A stretch of 64,000 nucleotides of DNA from a virus, in IMG/VR virus record IMGVR_UViG_3300033150_002410, positions 5,947 through 69,946 of that record, one strand, 5' to 3'. This document shows positions 49,585 to 59,394 of this stretch, one piece after another. A program made the position numbers and the translations under genes. Within the stretch, counting starts at the first letter, position 1, and every line of letters starts with the position of its first letter. The notes beneath the pieces were generated by a model, which was not told where the DNA came from, did no database searches, and was given only the letters and a program-made list of their open reading frames with translations.

Positions 49585-50871
49585 TTATGCTCCTATTTTT
49601 TGATGTTTAGAGATTTCATTTACAATTTCTAATCTCCGATTGGAAAAGGATTTAAGTGCTTCCTCTCCGGGATCCAGATCAATTTCCAACTTACGATAAC
49701 ACTGCTCAACAAATTTTTTCCACGTCAAGCTCCTGTATCCTGCATTTCCATTAACTCCACATTTAGATAAGAAGTTTAAATATTTCTCAAATAGAGCTGA
49801 AACATCCTTGAACTTCCAGTCAACCCCATACCTGTAATTATAATCAATAATCGCAAACCAGTTATTCTTTATGTATTTGTATACAGAATATAAAGCCAAC
49901 CACATTGAACCATTATTTATGTCTTTCATTTTCTTTTTACATATCTTAATACTCTTTTCATCCATCAATTTTTTTGCATTTTCAACCGAAAACATATTAC
50001 TTTCACTAATAGCTTGCGTATAACACATAAGAAATAATGATTTTTTACTTCTCGGATTATATAACCATGTCTTCATATCTCTTGTAAAACTTCCATTCCT
50101 ATTTTGCCATTTTGCATAAACGTCCATTGCTATCAATAATGCTTCTTTCAATTCATTCCAATCATTTTTTATAACATCTAATATTCCTCTATCAATTCCT
50201 TTTCTCATCATCCATTCATCATCTAATTTATTTTTCTTTTCAAATGTTCCACTCACTAAATCAAAAATAATTCTCTCAATTTCTAATAATGTTTTACTTG
50301 CTATCGTTCCTTCAGGATTAAGTCTGTGTTTAAAAATTCCTTTTGATAATATATCATTTAATATTTCTCTAGTTTTTTCACTTATGTCTTTAGTCGCATT
50401 TATCACCCCCCTCATTTTATTATTCTCTTTAGTTTTAGCATTTTTTTGTTTCATACGTTCTGTCAAAGTATTTTTATAATTAATTTCCCTTGCAGGTTTA
50501 TATTCAAGTTTTTTTATAGCATCCGTAAGAGCAAAAAGAGATTTACGTCCTTCCGGGGAATAAATAAACATTTTTTTCAAAGGATAAACCTTATCTGTTA
50601 TCTTGACTCTTTTACCATCAACTCTGAATACTCCACATAATTTATTCAAGCGAAGTGATATGTTCTGTACATCCATCTGGAGTATTTTATTCTCTTCGAG
50701 TATTTTGCTTCTGTCTATCCAATAGTATTTTTGTTTGTCCTGTGGGTTTTTAATGAAAGGTGTTACATTAGACCTGATAAAGTTTACAACCCACCGAAGA
50801 AGATAAGCATCAAGAAGATCCAATTTTAACTCAATTAGTTTGTCTACCAAAAAATTGAATATTGTTTTCAA
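49585..50871 (-). CDS. putative replication initiator/DNA-binding protein
   Basis: First gene of the operon, next to an AT-rich intergenic region; N-terminal wHTH-like YYWID..KILEE..IL. Confidence 0.5.
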   Translation of the reverse strand: MKTIFNFLVDKLIELKLDLLDAYLLRWVVNFIRSNVTPFIKNPQDKQKYYWIDRSKILEENKILQMDVQNISLRLNKLCGVFRVDGKRVKITDKVYPLKKMFIYSPEGRKSLFALTDAIKKLEYKPAREINYKNTLTERMKQKNAKTKENNKMRGVINATKDISEKTREILNDILSKGIFKHRLNPEGTIASKTLLEIERIIFDLVSGTFEKKNKLDDEWMMRKGIDRGILDVIKNDWNELKEALLIAMDVYAKWQNRNGSFTRDMKTWLYNPRSKKSLFLMCYTQAISESNMFSVENAKKLMDEKSIKICKKKMKDINNGSMWLALYSVYKYIKNNWFAIIDYNYRYGVDWKFKDVSALFEKYLNFLSKCGVNGNAGYRSLTWKKFVEQCYRKLEIDLDPGEEALKSFSNRRLEIVNEISKHQKIGA

Positions 50872-50900
50872 ATATTCCCCCTCTTTTAAATTCCGGACTT

Positions 50901-50929
50901 AATATAACATTTTTATTTTTGTATGTCAA
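50901..50929 (-). promoter_or_regulatory. sigma70 promoter of the leftward replication operon
   Basis: TTGACA-17 nt-TATATT with extended -10 TG on the minus strand. Confidence 0.75.
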
Positions 50930-51008
50930 CCCTTCAAATCAAATCAAATTTTTTTGAAGCTATGAATACCATAAAAAACAAAAATAAAAAAGTCAAGTCC
51001 TTTACAAA

Positions 51009-51030
51009 CCTGTATACCTAGGTAGACAGG
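51009..51030. promoter_or_regulatory. 22-bp palindrome (operator-like)
   Basis: CCTGTATACCTAGGTAGACAGG, one mismatched pair. Confidence 0.5.
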
Positions 51031-51137
51031 GCGTTGATAACCTGTTTGTTCTTCTCCCCTCTTCAAAAGGGGAAAAGCTACCTTTTTTGTAATGTATTTT
51101 TTTAATAAAAAATGACATTTTTTTGGGGCAAAATGGT

Positions 51138-51191
51138 TTAATTTTTTTATATTTCTAATTTCTTCTAGAATTAGAAATATGAAAAAATTAA
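51138..51191. repeat. 23-bp inverted repeat in an AT-rich tract (candidate origin)
   Basis: TTAATTTTTTTATATTTCTAATT / AATTAGAAATATGAAAAAATTAA. Confidence 0.7.
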
Positions 51192-51557
51192 TGATCTTCT
51201 AGTTATATCATTTTTACTAATATATTTCAAGAATCTAGTATTATATATTTCAGGATATAATTAATATTTCTTATAAATAAATATATCATTATTAATTAAT
51301 ATATCTTATATATATTAATATTATATCATTATTTTTATATCTAAGTAAAAAAATTCATTTAATTATTTACAAAATAATGAAATAATTAAAAAAATGGAAA
51401 AATAGCCAACTGTAAAAATATATCGTTGGCATTCAGATACTTTTGTATTATTGTTACCTGAAGGTAACACTTTTATTGTGTTCTAAAATGTCTAATTTGT
51501 CCATTATCTAAACACCTTTTTTGAATGAAAAAAAAAATAAAAAATTTCACAAAATTA

Positions 51558-51586
51558 TTGACTGTGACAGCCTTTTTTGGTATCTT
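51558..51586 (+). promoter_or_regulatory. sigma70-like promoter
   Basis: TTGACT-17 nt-TATCTT. Confidence 0.55.
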
Positions 51587-51605
51587 AAGTTTGGGGTTAG
51601 TTCAG

Positions 51606-51941
51606 ATGAAAAACAAAAAAATTATTTTAAAAAATGATATCCTGGTAATGAGGACTCGGATAATTGGAACAGATATTTATGTCTTCACTGCCTGGTCTCC
51701 GATAAAAGATATTCCTTCCAGGGGGGGGTATTCTACGATAACCTTTACTGATTCCAAATGGTATGGTAGAATAGGGACGGAAACCTTTGAAGAAAAAGAA
51801 TATTCCTTGGCTTATAATTATATCACTTCTTGTTTCTATTTGCCTGCTGAACATTGCAGAATGTCAATGGGAGAAATAGAAATAATATCTCCTAGAGGCA
51901 GATTGGGAAGAAAGAAAAGGGGAGAAGGAGTATCGATATGA
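51606..51941 (+). CDS. hypothetical protein
   Basis: Start likely at 51606, downstream of the promoter. Confidence 0.6.
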   Translation: MKNKKIILKNDILVMRTRIIGTDIYVFTAWSPIKDIPSRGGYSTITFTDSKWYGRIGTETFEEKEYSLAYNYITSCFYLPAEHCRMSMGEIEIISPRGRLGRKKRGEGVSI

Positions 51942-52357
51942 AGGATGAAAAGATCGTAATTGTATATAAAGTATGCAGAATAGAAGGTGAAAAAATAAAA
52001 AGTATGGTAATGGAAGAGACCACATCAATAAAAGATACTGCAAGTATTACTTATGTTGTAGATAAATGGATAGAAGCTCCTCAATGGTTAAGAGACAATG
52101 GATATCATATTACTGCTTTTGATAGTCTTCCATCGGCGGAGAAATTTATTACTTCTCTCTATTCTGTTGTTCCCAGCCAATATAAAATATATGAATGTTA
52201 TGCCTTGGGTTATATTGGTAAGGAGAGTCTTCCAAAATATTGCTATCCTTACAGTGTAATGCAAGGAAAACTGAAAGTATCTCCTGCTGTACATTGGCCT
52301 CAAGGGACGGTTATGGTTAAGAAAATAAAACTTGTTAAGGAGGTGTTATCTACATGA
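51938..52357 (+). CDS. hypothetical protein
   Basis: RBS AAGGAG, ATGA coupling. Confidence 0.7.
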   Translation: MKDEKIVIVYKVCRIEGEKIKSMVMEETTSIKDTASITYVVDKWIEAPQWLRDNGYHITAFDSLPSAEKFITSLYSVVPSQYKIYECYALGYIGKESLPKYCYPYSVMQGKLKVSPAVHWPQGTVMVKKIKLVKEVLST

Positions 52358-52417
52358 TAATATTAGTAATAATTCCTGTCTTTCTTGTTGTAATTCTTGG
52401 TATTGGTACAATTTACT

Positions 52418-52720
52418 ATGTTTTATCCGAAGAAAATGAAAAGAAATAAAGTTATAGTGTTTTTCATTATTCTGATATTTATACTCATTTATATTTTGAT
52501 TGTAAAAGGAATTGTAAAAGAGTATAAAGATCAGATCAGGTATTATCAACAGAAACTGGAGTCTAAGATTATTTTTCCTCCGGACAGGTTTATTATAACA
52601 ACATATAAACGAGCCGGAGAGAACAATTACCAGTACGTGTTGTCTTTGGATTATTCTTTTGACTCCATGGAAGAAGCTAAGGAAATGGAATATATTATTA
52701 AGAAAGCCATAGCTGAATGA
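52418..52720 (+). CDS. membrane-anchored hypothetical protein
   Basis: One TM helix; start uncertain. Confidence 0.5.
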   Translation: MFYPKKMKRNKVIVFFIILIFILIYILIVKGIVKEYKDQIRYYQQKLESKIIFPPDRFIITTYKRAGENNYQYVLSLDYSFDSMEEAKEMEYIIKKAIAE

Positions 52721-52889
52721 TGAGTAAAAGGGTTATTACTTTTTATGGCTGACGTTTTGAAAAAAGGTCATTACTTTGAGTGAGGGACGTTTTGAAAAAA
52801 GCGGTTTTTGTTGTATATTATTTTTTGGAATTAATTCTTGTTGTTCGCTTGGAATTTCATGGAAAAGCTGGAGGTTTTAATAGTATTTT

Positions 52890-53171
52890 ATGAAACAGGA
52901 TAATCTGGTTAATGATAATTTTTGGTGGCTTAACAGCAAAGGTGAGTATAAATTAGTGCCTGCTCAGTGTGGAGATTTGATTCCAGTACTTTTTATACTG
53001 ACCAATGATCTTAAAAAATGGCACATAATAGAGAAAGATGAGGAACTGAAATATGTTAATTGGGCGGATGTTTTTGTCAATGCCTATTATATGATCGGAC
53101 AAAGAAAATATAAATTAGCTTTTGATGATGATGGAAATCTGGTTGCTTATGCTTGTGATATCTTTAATTAA
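52890..53171 (+). CDS. hypothetical protein
   Basis: 93-aa ORF, GGAGG upstream. Confidence 0.55.
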   Translation: MKQDNLVNDNFWWLNSKGEYKLVPAQCGDLIPVLFILTNDLKKWHIIEKDEELKYVNWADVFVNAYYMIGQRKYKLAFDDDGNLVAYACDIFN

Positions 53172-53955
53172 TGTTCTTTCTTTTGTTTTTTATAATATAT
53201 TTATTCTGATTTTTTGACTGATTCTATCTTGTTATATTATTATCTTTTTCTGTTTATTTATAAAAAAACTCGTCTTTTATTTTTTATGTTACCATGTTTT
53301 TTTTTCATGATTTCTTATCTTTTTTTCTTCATTTCATTTTATTTTTTTGTATATTATTCATATTTTAAATCCTGTCTTTTTTGGATCCTGTCAAAAAATA
53401 AAAATTTTGAAACTGTAATTGTTTTTTGCGCTGAAAAAGAGGATTGCATCTGAATTTTTTTCTAAAGTTGTGCCGCTGCGTTTCCGTATTTTTCAGAACT
53501 TGCGCTGCCATGGTGTGGGGGGCTCTTAGCTTGGGAGTTTCTTGGTTTTGTTTCACATAGCGAAATTGGAATATGCTTAGTATCATATAATGAAATAGAA
53601 ATATTCTTGTTTCATTATATGTAATAAGCTGTTTCTCTATGTGAAAAGAAATTTTTCACTATATTTTTTGTCAAATAACAATAACCAGAGAAAAATATTT
53701 TTTTCTCCTATATATAGAATATAATATATTTTTCTGGAAAAGTATAGCATTTTTTAAATATAAGAATTTTTCTATATATAATTTTTCTTTTTTTTCTTCT
53801 GTTGTGTATGTGGAAAGAGAGAAAATATTTCAGAAAAGAGAAATAGATAAGAAAAGAGATAATATATTTCTGAAAAAGATAAAAAGGATATTGGCAATTT
53901 CTTCTATTGTATAGATATATGTAAACAAAAATTTTTATTTTTTTTGGAAAAGTAC

Positions 53956-53983
53956 TTGACTATTTCTGTATCTATGTTATACT
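53956..53983 (+). promoter_or_regulatory. sigma70 early promoter
   Basis: TTGACT-16 nt-TATACT with extended -10 TG and AT-rich UP region. Confidence 0.7.
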
Positions 53984-54039
53984 ATTATATAGCCTATCGT
54001 ATAATAGGCTAAAACAAATTATTTTTTAAGGAGTAAAAG

Positions 54040-54543
54040 ATGGCTAGAAAGAAATTGGTAATTGAGTGTAAGGAGTTTAGAAATTGGGAACTGCTTGGCA
54101 AGCAGTTCAGGTCTGTCTCTTGGGAGAAGTTTGTTGACTTCTTAAAAAAAGAAGGAGAGAATGAAGTTTGGAATTATGAAACATTGAAATTGGCTTGTCA
54201 AGTAGGAAACTTAGCAAGAGAGATTGAGAATTATAAATGTAAGAAACAAGGTTTTCCTGCTATGGCTTCTGGATTCTTCGATTACAGAGTTGTTGATACA
54301 AAAAATGCCGTGTTATATTGGTCGGGATCGGGAACATTGCATATAGTGTCTGTTTCCAATAGGCCGTTCACTCTTTTAAGAGCTTTTCGCTATCCCACAA
54401 GAAATAGTAGATGTATACAATTCTTCCCGAGGCTTGAGAAAGAGGATACTTTGTATGATATAGGAAAAGCTTATTTTGAAGCTTTTCTTAGAGAAGAGGA
54501 TCAGTATAGAGTGTTAACAGAAACTGTTTGCTTTTCTACATAA
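54040..54543 (+). CDS. hypothetical early protein
   Basis: Strong RBS TAAGGAG. Confidence 0.75.
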   Translation: MARKKLVIECKEFRNWELLGKQFRSVSWEKFVDFLKKEGENEVWNYETLKLACQVGNLAREIENYKCKKQGFPAMASGFFDYRVVDTKNAVLYWSGSGTLHIVSVSNRPFTLLRAFRYPTRNSRCIQFFPRLEKEDTLYDIGKAYFEAFLREEDQYRVLTETVCFST

Positions 54544-54607
54544 ATAGTTTTTATCATTCCACATACGCGGGTGAGTTTTGGTAGTTCTCACTAAAAAAAC
54601 TATCGCT

Positions 54608-54652
54608 AAAAGCTTGTAAGGATTATTCAGTTAATCCTTGCAAGCTTTTTTT
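54608..54652 (+). terminator. intrinsic terminator
   Basis: AAGCTTGTAAGGATTA/TAATCCTTGCAAGCTT followed by a T-run. Confidence 0.8.
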
Positions 54653-54740
54653 GTATCTATTACAAAAAGAATAATATGTAAAAATAGCTTGCTGTTGGTA
54701 AGTTAGAAATAAAAATAATAAAACAACAAGGAGAAAGAAT

Positions 54741-56417
54741 ATGGAAAAAAAGAAATGTATTATTTGTGGGGAAGAAAAAGAAAATGTATGGTCAACAGAT
54801 TCAGGTAATGTTTGTTCTAATTGCCTAGTGTATCGGCTAGATTTGGACGTTGATTCTGCTGGTAGATTTATAAAGTGTGAACTATGCAAAAGTATTGTCG
54901 TTTCTAAAAAGGATCATTTCTATAAAGAAATATCCGTATGCAAAAGAAGAGGTAGAAATATAACAATATCAAGTGAGAAAGTGGTTCTTTGCCAATCTTG
55001 TTATGAGAAAAAAACTGCAGAGTGTAGGCACTGCAAAAGAAGATTTTTCATAGATAGGGACTTGTTTGCTGTTGCAGGGGAAGATTGTTATATCTGTTTG
55101 CGCTGTTTCGATATACACAAATACTTCATTTGCATGATATGCAATGGGGTATATTCAAAGAGACACATGCAGGATATTGATAATAGAGTACAAAATGTAT
55201 GCAAAGAGTGCTTTTCGGAAAACTACAAAAAATGTAGTCAATGTGGACGTTATTATGTGGAAGAGTATATGTATTACGTGAGCAACAGATACCAAACAGA
55301 AGAGAGGATCTTCTGTAACGATTGCTTTTCACGTCTCTGCTTCACATGTGAACATTGTAATCATAATTACATGATCGAGAACCGGATATTAACAGTGCGT
55401 GGGGCTCCAATATGCGCGTGCTGTTATGAAGAAGATTATTTCACGTGCGAAGGGTGCAACAATGTATACAGACGTGAAGAAGTAGCTGGCGATCACCAGA
55501 GTGGCAGTATCTTATGTGTCAATTGTTACGATGATCGCGTACAAGAGATACATGAATATTCATATTTCCCCCGAGTCGGCGTAATTTTCCACCAAACAAA
55601 CAGTGAAAAAGAAAAAGAAAATCTTCTCTATCTCGGTGTAGAACTTGAAATAGATGACGGAGATAGAGAAGACGTAATAGGAGAGCTTCTCTATTATGCA
55701 GATGATGAAAAGTTTTTCTATATGAAACACGATGGCTCTCTCTCGGTTGATGGAATTGAGCTATGTTTCCAACCGCGTTCTTTGCAATCATGGTTTGAAT
55801 GTAGAGAAAAAATAGAAATGTTATTCTCATATCTAACAGCATCAGGATACAGGTCTCATAATTCTTGGTGTGGTCTACATATTCACGTGAACCGTAACTT
55901 TTTCAGTACTGCTTCAAAAAGAAGAAATAGAGCTTATGTATATAGACTAATGTATATATTTGAACGGCACTGGAAAGACCTTGTCAAGTTTTCACGGAGA
56001 AGTGATGAAGCTATCTCTTCTTATTGCGGTAGATATCTCTATGATAGTGAGAGTGAGATAAAAAACAATACACATTATGAAACTGTAAAAAAATTATTGA
56101 GTGCAAGTAAGGGTAAATACTTTGCCGTGAATGATCTACATAGAGATACTGTTGAGTTTAGGCTGTGGAGAGGATCATTGAATGTAGAAACATTCTATGC
56201 GACGTTAGAGCTAACTTCTAATATTTGTGAAGTAGCAAAAAATTTAAAGACCAGTGAAATTTCTAGTCTGGAATTTTTGGACTTACTTCTTCTTCATTCT
56301 GAATACGAGGATCTAAAAAGCTATTGCAGAAGAAGAGATATATTTTTTCGTGAAAAGAATTACAATAAGAAAAGAAATAAGAAGAATAATAATAATAAAC
56401 AAGGGGAGAAGAAATGA
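54741..56417 (+). CDS. putative amidoligase (COOH-NH2 ligase) with N-terminal CxxC zinc-finger array
   Basis: About 14 CxxC pairs, then YLGVELEI, KHDGSL, GIEL, CGLHIHV, YFAVN, TVEFR. Confidence 0.85.
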   Translation: MEKKKCIICGEEKENVWSTDSGNVCSNCLVYRLDLDVDSAGRFIKCELCKSIVVSKKDHFYKEISVCKRRGRNITISSEKVVLCQSCYEKKTAECRHCKRRFFIDRDLFAVAGEDCYICLRCFDIHKYFICMICNGVYSKRHMQDIDNRVQNVCKECFSENYKKCSQCGRYYVEEYMYYVSNRYQTEERIFCNDCFSRLCFTCEHCNHNYMIENRILTVRGAPICACCYEEDYFTCEGCNNVYRREEVAGDHQSGSILCVNCYDDRVQEIHEYSYFPRVGVIFHQTNSEKEKENLLYLGVELEIDDGDREDVIGELLYYADDEKFFYMKHDGSLSVDGIELCFQPRSLQSWFECREKIEMLFSYLTASGYRSHNSWCGLHIHVNRNFFSTASKRRNRAYVYRLMYIFERHWKDLVKFSRRSDEAISSYCGRYLYDSESEIKNNTHYETVKKLLSASKGKYFAVNDLHRDTVEFRLWRGSLNVETFYATLELTSNICEVAKNLKTSEISSLEFLDLLLLHSEYEDLKSYCRRRDIFFREKNYNKKRNKKNNNNKQGEKK

Positions 56418-56644
56418 CAAGAGAAGAAGAATTAGAAAAGGTTCTGGAAGAAGCAGAGTCTTGTCCATATTGTGGACAAGAAAACTGTATGGGAGTTCTT
56501 GAATATCCGGAGGATGCCGAGGGTGTCTGGCACGTCTGGTGGGGTCAAGGACGCGGTGGTGAGTTTTGCGATAAGCATTTACACATGCTTGCTCAGACAG
56601 GAGCTTATATTTATAGCTGCTGTTGGGAACGGTTTGAGGATTAG
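56414..56644 (+). CDS. small Cys-rich protein
   Basis: CPYC, CDKH, CC; ATGA coupling. Confidence 0.6.
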   Translation: MTREEELEKVLEEAESCPYCGQENCMGVLEYPEDAEGVWHVWWGQGRGGEFCDKHLHMLAQTGAYIYSCCWERFED

Positions 56645-56705
56645 CCATGGCCGGTGTCTGCTCCGGTTCAACTCCGGAGCATGGCTATAGCTTGTGTATG
56701 CAAGC
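56642..56705 (+). ncRNA. tRNA-like element copy A + downstream hairpin
   Basis: TAGCCAT..GCTCCGG-TTCAACT-CCGGAGC-ATGGCTA then GCTTG..CAAGC. Confidence 0.7.
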
Positions 56706-56731
56706 AGAAAATCTGATGACGGAGGGAAATA

Positions 56732-56956
56732 ATGGACGAAGAACTATTGAACGAAGAATTATCTAAAATTAAATCGGGCAATTGCCCGTACTATGACCAT
56801 GTTTGGAAGTCTTCCGGTTTGTCATGTTCGCCGTTCAGCGGTGGATGTAACTCGGGAGTAGACGAAAACGGCAACGTCTATTGTGATAGACTTATTGCCA
56901 AATCTCTCAACAACAAGGAGAAATATAAAAACAAAGTAGAAATTCAGCAAAAGTAG
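56732..56956 (+). CDS. small Cys-containing protein
   Basis: RBS GGAGG; flanked by elements A and B. Confidence 0.65.
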   Translation: MDEELLNEELSKIKSGNCPYYDHVWKSSGLSCSPFSGGCNSGVDENGNVYCDRLIAKSLNNKEKYKNKVEIQQK

Positions 56957-57021
56957 CCGTCTTGGTAGCTTAAGGCCCAAGTTCGATTCTTGGGCACGGC
57001 TATACGCTTGTGTACGCAAGC
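56954..57021 (+). ncRNA. tRNA-like element copy B + downstream hairpin
   Basis: TAGCCGT..GCCCAAG-TTCGATT-CTTGGGC-ACGGCTA then GCTTG..CAAGC. Confidence 0.7.
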
Positions 57022-57051
57022 TAAATTTTTATGGATTAGGGAGAAAAAAAC

Positions 57052-57777
57052 ATGTGCATAATTGTAGCAAAAAAGAAAGGTATTGAATTGCCAAGTGAAA
57101 ATGTATTAGAGAATTGTTTTGAAAACAATTTTCATGGTGCAGGAATTGCGATTGCTGTTGGAACGAACGTTCATGTTTTCAAGGGTCTGATGACGTGGGA
57201 AAGGTTCCGAAGAACGCTTAATCTCATAAAAAAGAAAATCAATTTGAAGGATCATGCTGTTGCAATGCACTTCCGGATTGCTACTCACGGAAGTGTTATC
57301 GAGCAGAACACTCAACCGTTTCCTGTCTCTGATGACATGGAATATCTTACGAAAGTGAGATATACGGCGAAAAATGTATTACTTCACAATGGTTTTTTCT
57401 CTTCTTTGTTCTCTTATATTAATTGCAAGGAATATGACGTCTCTGATACTTTATTATTCACAAAGAGTATAATATATCCGTTATCAGTGTTGGATCCTAC
57501 TCTGGAGAGAAAAGAGACTGTAGAAATTATCAGATCAACAATAGGAAGCTCCAAGATTGCAATTCTTAAATACACTGGAGATTTTCTACTGTTTGGAGAT
57601 TTTATAGAAGATGAAGGGATCTATTACAGTAACACGTCGTATATGGAAACTTTGAATTATTATGATGATAATTTCAAGCTTTATAAAAAGTATAATGAGA
57701 AGAAAAGTAGGAGAAGAAAATATAGAGATTATTACAGTAATAGTGTAACGAAAGATTATTATGATTATGATGATTGA
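57052..57777 (+). CDS. class II (Ntn) glutamine amidotransferase
   Basis: N-terminal MCII, N.HGAG, HFRIATHG, PF, HNG, SDT. Confidence 0.9.
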   Translation: MCIIVAKKKGIELPSENVLENCFENNFHGAGIAIAVGTNVHVFKGLMTWERFRRTLNLIKKKINLKDHAVAMHFRIATHGSVIEQNTQPFPVSDDMEYLTKVRYTAKNVLLHNGFFSSLFSYINCKEYDVSDTLLFTKSIIYPLSVLDPTLERKETVEIIRSTIGSSKIAILKYTGDFLLFGDFIEDEGIYYSNTSYMETLNYYDDNFKLYKKYNEKKSRRRKYRDYYSNSVTKDYYDYDD

Positions 57778-57807
57778 ATATTAAAATTAATTAACAAGGA
57801 GTAAAAT

Positions 57808-58029
57808 ATGGAGAAAACAAAGTTAAAAGTAAAAAAGAAATTATATGTGAATGTATCTTATCAGAGAAGAAGGTATAGAGTATATGTTACTGTATGTAGC
57901 AATAGTTATATAATTTCCAGCTACTCTATATCTTTTAGTAGAGAAAGACAAGTGAGAAGGTTTCTTGTTTCTCTTAGAAGAATACAAGAAGATAAAAGCA
58001 GAACAGCTAGGAATATAGCTTGCTGTTAG
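57808..58029 (+). CDS. small basic protein
   Basis: RBS AAGGAG. Confidence 0.55.
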   Translation: MEKTKLKVKKKLYVNVSYQRRRYRVYVTVCSNSYIISSYSISFSRERQVRRFLVSLRRIQEDKSRTARNIACC

Positions 58030-58066
58030 CAAGTTAGAAATAAAAATAATAATAAGGGGAAGCATT

Positions 58067-58390
58067 ATGGACAGAATTAGTGAAATAGTTTTTGATGAAG
58101 CAAAGGGAAGTTTTCAGAGAGTAGTAGCAAAGAAATTGATATCTTTCGGCGTTATTGAAAATCCTTTGCGGACAATGATTGGGGGAAAGAACAAATGGTT
58201 TAATAGTTACATGAGAAGTTTCTGCTCTTTCCTTGATCGCTTGAATTATCAGCTAAAACCACTAGCCCGTGTTTGGTGGAAACCGGGCAAGTGGGGAGGT
58301 CTCTGGAGCGCAAAGTTCGCTCTTGTAAGAGAGACAGAAATTGAAATCATTGAGTGTTTAAAAAACCATGGCTGGAAACCTTGGAGATAA
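58067..58390 (+). CDS. hypothetical protein
   Basis: RBS AAGGGG; GKWGG motif. Confidence 0.65.
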   Translation: MDRISEIVFDEAKGSFQRVVAKKLISFGVIENPLRTMIGGKNKWFNSYMRSFCSFLDRLNYQLKPLARVWWKPGKWGGLWSAKFALVRETEIEIIECLKNHGWKPWR

Positions 58391-58417
58391 GAAAATGACA
58401 ATGGAAGAAGGTAAAAA

Positions 58418-58591
58418 ATGATTAGTGATTATGAATTGTTAATCTTAATAGAAGAAGAAATGGAAATTGTCAAGGAATATCTTATTTCTGCAGTGGAGTA
58501 TCGAGAAAGAGAAAAGATATATGTTTTTAACAATATCCTTGATAAATTGAAAATTGAGAAAAAGAGAATAGGAGAAAGATTATATATGTAG
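58418..58591 (+). CDS. small coiled-coil protein (57 aa, not in ORF track)
   Basis: MISDYELLILIEEEME...; RBS AAGG; precedes a terminator. Confidence 0.5.
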   Translation: MISDYELLILIEEEMEIVKEYLISAVEYREREKIYVFNNILDKLKIEKKRIGERLYM

Positions 58592-58610
58592 AAGAAAAAT
58601 AAAAAGATAG

Positions 58611-58649
58611 AAAGGTCTATCGGGAAACTATCCTGATAGACCTTTTTTT
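58611..58649 (+). terminator. intrinsic terminator
   Basis: AAAGGTCTATCGGGA/TCCTGATAGACCTTT followed by a T-run. Confidence 0.85.
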
Positions 58650-59394
58650 ATGCTTATTATATATACATATTGTGAAAAGAATATAAAGATAGTAGTTGAT
58701 CAGAGAAAAAGTAATGTATATTTTACGTTTTTTATATTGATATTTTTATTTATTATTTGTTGAAAATAATTGTAATGGAGGACTATTATTACTATTTATT
58801 ATTGCATATATAGATTATTTACTATATAGGATAAATGTAATATATGTAAGAAATAAGGTATGAATGTTTGCTTGTGTTTGTGTAGTAGAAATGTATATGT
58901 TTATGTGTTGTTGTAGTAATATGTATATGCTAGTGTGTAAGGTAATGTGTATTGGGTAGTGTATGGAAGGGAAAAACAGATACTTAATCCCTATTAACCT
59001 GATCAAAATAGTCAACATTCAATATCTTTAAAATAGTAAAAAAATAATAAATGTAAAAACAAACAAAAGCCAGATTAAACATACCAGAGATAGCCCAAGA
59101 AAACTATTTAATTTATGCTTTCAAAGAAAAGATCAGGATAGTGTTTATACTTTTATTTATTTATATGTATGAGAAAACAAGGAGAAGAGAATATGTAGAA
59201 CAAGTTATTATCAGAATTGTTGTGTATTGTATGTTGTATATCTTGTATCGTTATATGTTTGTTGCGTAGGATGGTGGAAATAGAGAGAATGGAGATAATA
59301 GGGGTAACGGGTGTCGAAGGTATATCTGGCTTGCTGGAATGGGGGTGGCGAGTCCGCTTTCGCTTACATATTATATTTTTAAGTTCCTATTGCG

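Noticed and set aside
316-50640. Numerous short antisense ORFs in the track
   Set aside because: Shadows of real genes on the opposite strand, with no motifs or RBS
53214-53586. ORFs 53214-53453 and 53365-53586
   Set aside because: Products of a T-rich tract, F/L-biased, no RBS
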